Source: Paragordius varius
Taxonomy: Eukaryota; Animalia; Nematomorpha
Direction: 5' to 3'
Length of the DNA: 64,000 nucleotides
Assembly (NCBI GenBank): GCA_964247055.1
Contig: OZ176053.1
Span: 11,594,001 to 11,658,000 of the forward strand
Notes under the pieces: model-generated
Seen by the model: only the letters and a program-made list of their open reading frames with translations
The model's database searches: none
What the model was told of the DNA's origin: nothing
Shown: in pieces, positions 24,540-35,100 of the stretch
Numbering within the stretch: the first letter of the stretch is position 1
How the letters are laid out: every line of letters starts with the position of its first letter
Position numbers and translations under genes: made by a program

Positions 24540-26212
24540 CATTTCGATTCAAATTTGGGTATCTTACCCCACACAATTAAAAACTACTGAAAGAAACGGT
24601 ACCAATTTAAATTTATGCCTCTATCCCATGAAAATTTATATAAATCAATTAAAATATCTAAATAAAATTTAGTTGCGGAAAAAATTCCGTATCAAACTAC
24701 CTGGATGCCATTTTTATTTCACATCATTTTTGGTAAATATCATATTTCATTTCTGCTAAAATTAAGTTTACTTTTTTATCAAAATCACATTTAACATAGA
24801 TATAAACAGAAATAGTGGTATATTTCGCATTATTTTTACATTTAGATTATGCACACATGTCATGTTGGCTAAAGTTTTACCTTTAGGTTTTGCCTCTGAA
24901 TAGGTAATATCAAGTATTTTTAATTAAATTTTTTATTATATATCGGTTCATTAATGTTATATAAGAGCAAACTTTTTCCATGGTCAATTTATTCCATATT
25001 AAATTATTTGATAAACAAGCCGGGGATGGATGGATGGATCTCTGTTGTCAAGGGGTCCCTTGGCATCCCGTCGTGACGGGGTTTAGGTGTTTGATCATTG
25101 CATTGAAGGATTTTTTTGTTTAACCAGTCCCCGGCTTTTATGTTTTTGGACTGTAGGTCTTGGGTAATGTTTTTGTCCCATGTTATTGCAGGACGACCAA
25201 CTCTGTTTTGTTTGTTTGGCTTAAGGTTTGTTATATTTTAAATCCAATTATCGTTATCTAATCTTTGAATGTGACCGTAATAGCCAAGTCTACGGATTTG
25301 AATATATTTTGAGATTGGTAGGATTTGTTTATCATGAGAGATTGTTCGCTTAAATGTATTTATCATTTTTTGTTCCATATTATCCAGCATATTTTCCTGT
25401 GTTTTACTTATTTGCCATTCGCAAGCATAAGTTATAGTGGGTCTAACGCCAATTAGGTATATTTTGTTTTTTGTTTTTGTAGATATGTGTTTATTGGTAA
25501 ATATGTATTTATATTGGTTGTATCTACCCCAACCAATTCTTTTGCGATTTTTGATGGCTTCAGATGAACCTCCTTGAGCGGAAATGGTATCACCAAGGTA
25601 GGTAAACTTTTGTACTTTTTGAATTTCGATGTCACCTATTTTAAGGTAGGTTTCAGCTTTTATGGGTGGAATATATTGTTTGGATAGAGTACATGGGGGG
25701 CATATATAATTATTATTATTCCATTTAATCCCGAACATGGTTTGTGTAACCAGTATTGACACTGGATGGAGTTTAGTCCTACATTTTTTAGGCATGCGCG
25801 GCATGGGTATTTGATTTGATCGGTCTTTTTGTCGCCTGTTATCATAACCTTAGTTTTTTGAATGTTGATTGTGAGACCATGTCGCTCAAGGCAGGTTTTC
25901 CAGAGTTTGAACTTTTGACTGAGTTCGTTTAGATTTTCTGACGTTAACAATAAATCATCAGCGTAGATGAGCTAAGGAAGACCAGTACGGATCTCATCAC
26001 TGATGGTGTCTATTATTATGGTGAATAGAAGGGGGCTAAGAACAGAACCTTGGTGTAGTCCTGTTGTGATGTGGAATGGAATTGTGTACCCGAAATGTGT
26101 GTTAACACAGGTTTTACTGTTATCATATAATAACTTTATTGCATCTATGCGGGGGTATCTAATTACCCCAATATGAAGCTAAGGATTAAAATGAATGCGC
26201 TGTATCTAAGTG
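24540..26212. mobile_element. piggyBac-type MITE copy 4 (opposite orientation to copy 3), split by a LINE at ~25024-26150
   Basis: Starts CATTTCGATTCAAATTTGGG, breaks at AAACAAGCCGGGG (~25025), resumes GGGGTATCTAATTACCCC (~26152) and ends AAGTG|TTAA. Confidence 0.8.
25024..26150 (-). mobile_element. 5'-truncated RTE-like LINE with an (ATCC)n 3' tail and a Cys-rich PHD-like insert in the RT region
   Basis: GLHQGSVLSPLLF..IYADD..GLTINIQKTKVM, then YPCRAC..NSIQC..WLHKPCSGL..YICPPC, then FTYLGD.IS..GGS..AI..R. (GGAT)4 at 25024-25039. Confidence 0.88.
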
Positions 26213-26289
26213 TTAATCAATATGTAAATAAAACTCCACCAGAGATTGCTATTTTTAGTCTTAATGTTGAGTTGTGTCAAGTTTACGTT

Positions 26290-26410
26290 GGTTTCTTTTA
26301 GTATATTATCCATCCATCTTATTGTTCTTCGACCATTCGCAACAAATCCTACTTTGGACACATGAAATTATCATTGGAAAGGTCCTTGATGTTAAGAAAG
26401 CTTGTTGCAA
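26290..26410 (-). mobile_element. Short RTE 3'-end scrap
   Basis: Minus-strand translation ..GRRTIRWMDNILKET. Confidence 0.5.
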
Positions 26411-26510
26411 AAATATTAATAATAAATAATATAAAATACCTGTTGAAAATACGATTTTGATTAAAATAGCTCATTAAATGTACCTTTTTTTATAAATTCA
26501 ATCATTAAAG

Positions 26511-27020
26511 CAGTGGTACTCACCAAAAAAAATAAGACGGTCCAAATAAATTTTTTTTTCGAAGGCCATGAACGTTATAATAGCAACTATTCCATAACAC
26601 ATATGCACATATTCATACTCTACAGCACTCATTTTTTTGCGGATGGCATGTAAATCCAGCTAAGATTCGTTTTGCACCCTTTAGTTTAAAATATTTTGAT
26701 CAAAATTTTTTGACAAATTTGGTTTCGCCTCATGACAGGCCAATCTTAATACGTCTTCCATATGATCATCAGTTAAGCGATTTCTGTGCTCCGACAATAG
26801 CTTCGCCCTTTTTTGAATTACCGTGTACGGGCAACCCCGTGTAAATAACGGGTGAAAAATCGTGTCTTTGAGGCAATTACCGGAAAACGTGCTGGTCGAT
26901 TTCAAATATGATTTTTTTACTAGTTTCGATTGCGCCGAACATAGTCGGCTTACTTTTTAATTTAGGCTCTCTTTTTACCCGCTCCCCCCGTAAAATGCCA
27001 TTTTTTTCAAAAAACTAAAT
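26511..27020 (-). mobile_element. hAT (Charlie/Buster-like) transposon 3' remnant
   Basis: CAGTGGTACTCA terminus at 26511. Track ORF 26681-26905 contains RNRLTDDHMEDVLRLA...PNL, a hAT C-terminal dimerisation motif. Confidence 0.7.
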
Positions 27021-27589
27021 AAATTTTTGCCCAGGGTATGAGAACGTTAAAATTTTATGAAGATTCCAGGTATTCCCTGTTAAAAGGCAAATTTTAGTCC
27101 TGCGTTTCATTTCTGGGGAATTTGTATAATATTATTCTTTCCTTTAAAAGGGGACCACATATGATTTATTTTTATATCCCTTGATCCCAGCGGTGTGAAC
27201 ACAATTTGAAAATAGAACTTTTAACCATGATTCGTAAAACGAAGATCCTAAAATAAATACAATGATATTGGAATCTTTAATAAGGTACAGTTTAAATATG
27301 GTCAATTTCGAGTAAACATTATAGAGCCTAAGCAAAAACCCGTAAAAAAATAATTAATGTTTTTTATTATTTTTTTATCTCCATTAACTCTATATTTTGC
27401 AAATTATTAAGAATAATTATCGGTGAGATATAAATTTTCTATAAATCAGAAAATGTTATAGGAATTTAGAAAAAATGTAGATTGATTTTTGTCATTCTAA
27501 AAACCGAAATAATTCTGATAGATAATATCAACAAATATCCAAGTGTTACTTCGAAGAAACTATTATTTTTCTTTTATATTTGTCGGGGT

Positions 27590-28060
27590 CGTTAAATAAC
27601 TCGCAATCAATGGGGTAGAGAACTACAAAAGTTTAAAAAGCCCTGGTTTAGATAATTTAGTTATGTTTTTACAATTTGTGATTAAATTCTAAAATTGGGA
27701 CATCACCAAAACACGATTGAAACGAGCTGATATTAAATAATATAAGTCTAGTTTTTGTTAGTAAAATGTAGCCTGAAAGTTTTTTAAAGTTATTAATTTC
27801 TTTTCTAACCATAATATATATTTGCCTTTTGCAATGATAATAACAATTATAGAAAAAAATGCCGGCACAAAAGTTTGAGATTAGGATTTATCTACATTTT
27901 TATATTATTTGAAAAAAATTTTTTTGTTTGATGCGCCTAAAAGACCAAAGAAAGTATTTCAATCTCGCCTTAAAAGCTTAAATATTTAAGATAATAAAAT
28001 TAGAAATCGCTCTGGAACTACAAAAGGTAATCGAGTGTTAAAGTAAACTAGCCTATTTTA
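27590..28060 (-). repeat. Inverted copy of the 19.5-19.9 kb repeat
   Basis: TTTGATGCGCCTAAAA (~27928) versus TTTTAGGCGCATCA (~19597); CACGATTGAAAC (~27712) versus TTTCAATCGTG (~19780). Confidence 0.7.
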
Positions 28061-28637
28061 CAAGAGTGAAAAAATTTGGAACTTTTGGACCCCACGTGTA
28101 ATTTTAAAATGTTTTGTATTTTATTGGTTAATAATATATATTATGATATTTTTTGGAGAGAAGCACTTAGTTTTAACCAAAAATATTTTGTTATAAATAT
28201 ATGCACAAATTTCATTATTTTCTAATACGGAGCATATACTACAAAATTTTAATAATATGTAAGAGTCAATAACTGACATTTTGCCATCATAATAGTTATC
28301 AACAAGGTTTTTTTATGGACACTTATGATACAGTAGGACAGGTTAATATAATTAAATTTTAATCAAAACAACTTATATATCCATAGTTTATATTTCATGG
28401 GTGATTTCCCGAAAAATAATAATAACTGTTAATTATATAATTTGCAACAATTTATTATTAAAATCATTTATTCGACATCTAATTTTTTTAATTCATCGTA
28501 AATAACTTTTTATCTTGAAATGACTGTTTAAAACATATAATGTTAATCTGTTAAAATTATATCCTTTTACAGTTTATTGCTGCCAATTATTAATTTGATT
28601 AGGCTCTCTAATATTAGTAATCAATTAAACTTTTTAA

Positions 28638-29141
28638 CACTTGGATACAACACATTCATCTAAGTCCTTCGATTTGAATTGGGGTAGTTGGATACCCCAG
28701 CCTGTTTAATAATTAATATTAAATAAATATGGAAGGAATAGAATTGGCAAAATTTTGCTATTAAAAAACCGGAATATATAGAAAAACTTTATTCGTAAAC
28801 GACAAGTTTTTAATCAACGTGACATGTGTACATTGGCCAAATTGAAAAATAATACATAAAATACTTTTTCTCTTTCTATCAATGGTATATGTGTTCAATT
28901 TATTAGCATTTATTATACCTTTAATAATAAATAAACACAATATTATGCCAAATTTTGCAAAATAAAAATGGCGTCTAAGAAGTTTGATATAGAACTTTTT
29001 TCAAAACAAAATTTTTATTTCAATATTTGAGTTTATTAGATAAAAGCAACAATATTAATTGGGACCGTTTTCCTCTGTAGTTTTTTAAAGGTATTGAATA
29101 TTTGTCTGGGGTATTTAGATACCCCAATTTGGAACGAAGTG
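28638..29141. mobile_element. piggyBac-type MITE copy 5, ending 52 nt before the ATP7 ATG
   Basis: TTAA|CACTTGGATACAACACATTC ... GAAGTG|TTGG (right TSD degenerate). Confidence 0.88.
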
Positions 29142-29193
29142 TTGGTTTCACATTGCACAATGCGTTAATTTCACATGTAAAATCAATCGGAGT

Positions 29194-32100
29194 ATGGATT
29201 TAAAATGCAATATAATAATAGAGGGAATGACTTGCGCCTCTTGTGTAAATTCAATCGAATCTCATCTTAAAAAATTAAATGGTTTTGGTTTTATCATAAT
29301 TTTAGGCATTAAATCCGTAAAGATATCATTGATGATGGGAAAGGCAGAAATTATTTTCAAAAACTCCGATAATTCTCGATTAACGCCCAAATATGTAGCT
29401 GATTATATAACCGATATGGGTTATTTGGCTAAAGTCGCTCCTGAAACTAATTATAATATAAATACTTCGAATTCCGAACGCATGCAAATTGAAATTTTAA
29501 TATATGGAATGACATGTTCATCCTGTGTTAACCAAATTGAATCAACCGCTATGAAGCTTCCTGGAGTGGAAAAAGCTACTATTGCTTTAAGCACAAATAA
29601 GGGAATTTTTCTAATCGACACTGCAGTGACAAACCCTGAAAAAATAATAATGTCTTTGGATGTAATTTTATTATTTTAATTTATTTATTTTAATAAACTT
29701 TGCGTATAATTCATTTAAGCAATACAAATTTTTTTGTAAAATTATATTTATTCGTTTTAGGAAGCAGGTTGGAAATGTGAACTCATTCAAACAAAAAATG
29801 TATGGATAACTTTATTAAATTATAGATTAATCACACAAAAAATATTAAATCCTTGAGCGTCCCTAAAACTTCGAAAAGACCCAAAACATATCGGTAATTT
29901 TCCAACTAGCAATCGTTGTGCCAATTTATTATAAAAAACTTTTGAAATAATCACGTAAAATTGTAAATTATGCTCATGTTTTTATTTACAAATAACATTT
30001 TATGGTAATTATTGAATGGTGACCGTGAATAATTCATTTTTTTAGCGTTTATAATAATTCTTTTTTTTTACTTTTTTTAACATTTGTAGCAATACATCAT
30101 TGCAAATAGCTCAACACGAAACCGCCGTTTGGAAACGTTCCTTTTTAATTTCGTTAGCTTTTGGACTTCCTGTCATAATTGTTATGTTTGTGGGCATGAT
30201 TAAAGAGGGCGGTCATACTCATCACATGAACAGTAATTTGCACATTAAAGCCATTTTGCCTGGCCTTAGTTTGGATAATTTGTTGCTTTTTGTCTTTTGT
30301 ACACCAGTGCAAGTAATTTTATTAGAAATATTTAACTTTTTTATTATTAGTAGTAGTGTTAAACTATTTAAAAAAAAGTTATAAAATATATGTTTTTCCG
30401 CTTTATGTAAATTATTTTTGTTTAATTTTTTAAAATGCGGAAGGAAATCTGCCCCAAATTATAGAAGTTTGTTATATGACAATTAATATACATTAAAGGA
30501 TTTACATATAAAATACACTCTACAGCACATTTTTCTGCCAGTCTGGTTTTTTGCATTCTCTTATCTAACAGTAAATCTGAATTAAAAATTATGATTCTAC
30601 CAAAGAATTTTTTATAATTAGATTTTTTTGTTTATGCGCTCTCTTTATCAAAATAATAATAATTGTACACAACAAATTCCCATTAATATAACATTCTAAA
30701 GTGTAAAAACTCTATAAAAAGCTCTCTAATAAGTTTTACATAATAGTTAATATTTGAAATAGGAAGCGACAAACCCGCGAAGCGGGATCGTTTTTTTCAA
30801 TTATATTATAGAAAGTGGACGTAAATAGCTGAAACTTTATGTAGATGGCAATAAAAATCAATATAACACAAAATAGTTTTTATGATTAAAACATATGTTT
30901 ATTTATTACTTTTATGTTATTAAAAACAGCCATTTTTAATCTCAAAAATTACCATCTCATCATAATAATTGTTTTCTTTCGAAGGCTTATAATTTAAAAT
31001 TTTAAGGCTTGATATGAAGTAATAGGTTTTCTTGATTTTTATAACTATTTTGAATAAATTTACAGTTTACTATGCATTTTAGTAACCATTAGGGATAATA
31101 ATTTTAATAATGAGTTTTATTACAACTTAGAGCTTTTTCAAAGATTTTTATTAAATTTTATACTAATGTAACCCTAATAATTATATCAATATTGCATGTT
31201 CGAATTGATTTGTCTGTGAAAATTTTTGATTTATTTATGAGTTGAGAATTTTGACCATATAAATACATTTAAATTTTACAACAGATTAATTTAAATGACC
31301 ATTCGAAAGATTCAGTAGTTTGCGCTCTTTCGAATGTGATACTTGGATATATATATTTAAAACTGTTTATTTTAAAAATTTCGAGTTTGATGTTAAATTG
31401 TTCATTGAAGTTGTCCCAAAAGGAACGTCTCTTGTAGTTGTTCATAACGCTCTATTATGAGTGTCTACAACTAATTGTGTTTAGTTGTTTTCAGCTAGTT
31501 TTATGGGGTCTGTCCGCTTTAGGTGTGGTGTCCACTTTGTAATGTAGCATGTGGATTTTAGTATGTGGGGCGGATTTCTAGGATATATGTGACCTTACAT
31601 CCTAACCTACCCATTTGGATGATATCGGCTATTGATTTTATTTTTAGCACAGTGTGGGAGTCATGGTTCGTTGTGTAATTATTAAACTTCTTGTTTGGGA
31701 TCGTTCAAATATATTGTGTTTAAAAGTTTGCGTTCTGATTGAAGTAATATAGCGTTGAGCGTGTTTGTCAGAACCCAATGTTTCCGATCCGTATTTTAAC
31801 ACCAGTTGAATCGCTTTGGGTAAAAATATGGTATATTGCGAGCTTAATATATCTGTTTAATAGAATAGTTTTCGACGACTGCAATTTTTTCAGAACTGAG
31901 CTATGCGATGCTTGACAATTTCTTAGAGTCCTCCACCTGCTTATACCTTATCTCCCAAATAAACAAAGTCAAGTGTCTCAATCCCAAACTTCCAAACTTG
32001 TTGAGATAACGTAATTAGGAATCGGATCTCTCAGCCTTTTTGGCTTATAAAATTTAGGTAATTTACTGGGAGGGTTAAGAGGTTAGTACATTTTTTATGT

Positions 32101-35100
32101 AACCAACATTTGCATTGGGAGCATTTAATCGAATTGCTTTTAAGCTATTTGCTTGCCGCATTTCAGATTTAATGTTAAATCTGGGCCAAAATTTTTAGAT
32201 AAACCTTTATAAAAACTCTTACAACAATTTTCAGATATACTATTTTTAACGTTAATGAAATAAATTATAAATTCATAAAGGCACTTAAAAAGTCGAAATT
32301 TGTGTAAAAATATGCTCGCTTTTCACTAATTATAGCCAGTTATCATATTCAGTAAAGAGCATTGTTATTGGCTCAAAATATCTTTGCTTTTTCTTGCAGT
32401 ACCGTATACGCGCTATCTGGTATACCATTTTTCATGTAAAAACATTTTTACAACCAAAGGCAACATTTTTCAACCTAACTCAACATTTTTACAACCGAAC
32501 GCAACATTTTTTCACATAACAACATTTTTTTCAGGTAAAAACAACTATTTTTTTTTAAAATTAATACTTTATGACAATTTAATTATTAGGTATTTATTTA
32601 ATTTTAATTTAATATAATAAAATTTTAGCGTTGAATTATGATTTATTGTTTCATCAATATTTTAGAGTAAATTGATTGATTTCAAACATTTTAATTTTGC
32701 CCATAAATTGCATTATTTATTTATATTGATTATTTTTTCTTTATAACTTTAAAATCGCCATAATCAATTTATACAATTTGCACTTCAAGAGTGTCCTAGA
32801 ACATTTAAAATTGGTCTTTAAATACTTCAAGCCTTTAATAGTTTAATTTTGATTCTAACTTTTAATAAAACAATAAAGTATTTATCTATCCTATCATTTT
32901 AAACCTATTCTCTCTATAACCTAAACTTTTAAATGAATACCAATTTTTTTAGAGAACCATATATCCTTATTTTTTTCTATAATTTTTTTTAATTATATTT
33001 AAAAATATCTAGGTTTTGTGGGTTATTGATTGTAATATTTAGTTTAAAACATTAATATGTTTATAATATTGTTAAATTAAAGAAAATTACAAACAAATAA
33101 AGTTGTTTTACTATGAAAATGTTAATTTAAAAATAATAAATAAAGATATTAGTTGAAATTAAAAAAATGTACATAAAAAATAACGGTTTTATGCAAACTG
33201 CAAAAAATGTAAGGACCAACTTTAAGGACATCTTTAAATCTTTAAAGATACTCTTGAAGCGCAAATTGTATAGATTGATTAGGTGAAACTAAAAAAAAAT
33301 ACTATAAATAAATTATGCAATTTATGGGCAAACTAAAATTTTAAAAATTAATCAATTTGCCATCAAATATTGATGATAAAACAATAAAAAGCATATTTCA
33401 ACGCCAAAATTTTATTATTAGTTAATAAAAATACTTAATTAAATTGTCATGAAATAAAAATATTCTTACTGGTTTTTGCTTGTAAAAATGTTATGTTGCC
33501 TTTGGATGAAAAAAAGTTGTCTTTGGTTGAAAAAAATGCTGTTTTTGTAAAATATTGCGCTTGCTTGAAAAAATGATATATATTAAAAAGAAAAATTAGC
33601 AATGTATTATTACTTATATTGAATTAATAATATCCAATTCATCAATCAAAAATTTTATACATTTCACATGAAACATTAATAAACTTATCTCATATTCTAA
33701 TTTATCTTTTATCAACGTGTTGTTCTTTTCAGTTTTATGGGGCCAAACATTTCTACAAACAAGCCTACAATGCCTACAAAAATGGTCGTAAAAATTTAAA
33801 TATGGATACTTTAGTTGTGCTTGCAACAACCATTGCATACGTTTATTCAATAATGGTCACCCTCATATCTATGGCGGTTTCTGGCTTTAGGGTCAAACAT
33901 AGGTTAGTATTTATTTTCAAGGTAAATTACAAAATCATCATTTGTTTAGATTAGGCGATTAAAAGGTTTATTACCTTATATTTTATAAGGGTTTTTAACA
34001 ATAAAAAACTGATAACATAATGTGTTTTTGCACTTTTAGATATTATAAAAAATTGAAATATTCTGATTGACCATTGAAGTCATTTATAGAGAGACACACT
34101 TGGCAATACCTAGTTTTAGTTTTTTTTGTACATAGATTGCATGGTGACAAAAAAAGTGACAGCATATATTTAACGACATTTTTTGATACACCACCCATGC
34201 TTATAATTTTTGTAACGTTGGGCCGATGGCTAGAATGTATGGCTAAGGGGAGAACATCACAAGCCCTAACCAAACTCGTCTCATTGCAACCACAAGAGGC
34301 CACTCTATTACACTTTGAAAATGTAAATTATTAAAATTAATTAATTATATGAGTTTATGATATACATATATTATTTGTATTTAATCCCATTTTGTTTTTC
34401 CTGTGTTAAAATTTTAGGTACTATAACACTAGACAACAAATTTTTCTGCCATTCGAGTTTTTTGCATTTTTTGATATTTAATATCATTTTAACAGTAAAT
34501 CTGAAATAAAAATTATAACTCGTTAGAAGAATTTTGTATAATTTGATTTTTTGATTATGCGCCCTCTTTATCAAAATTTTACTAAAAAATGTTTTTCTTT
34601 GAAAATATACAAGTAATGCCCATTTGTAATATATCATTCGAAAGAATATTAAAAACTCTATAAAATGTATAATATGTATTACATCGACAGTTAATATTGG
34701 ACACAAAGAGCAACAAACGCGCGAAGCGAGAGCATTTTTTTTAATTATTATATTTTTAAAACTAATGGATGAAAATAGCTCAAACTTTGTATAAATGGAG
34801 ATGAATGTCCAAAAAAGATAACACAAGAAAGTTTTTTTTGATTAAAACATTTTTTATTGCTTTTATGTCACTCAAAACAGCCATTTTTAAGTTTTTTGTT
34901 TTTTAAAAATTACCATCTCATCAATATTAATTTATTTACTTTACAAGGCTGATAATTTCGAAAATTTATAGATAAAAACAAAGTTCAATGTATTTTTAAT
35001 CTTTCATAGCCATTATGTAAAATTTACAGTTATAACTATGGATTTTAGTATCCACTAGGTAAAATATTTATGATAATAATAATTTTTATTAAAAAAGCAA

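Noticed and set aside
34040-34135. Apparent ATP7 exon start at 34040 with an in-frame TGA (34068-34070), suggesting selenocysteine or readthrough
   Set aside because: A stronger phase-2 acceptor (TTTTTTTTGTACATAG|) at 34135 skips it and gives better spacing to TFFDTPPML.
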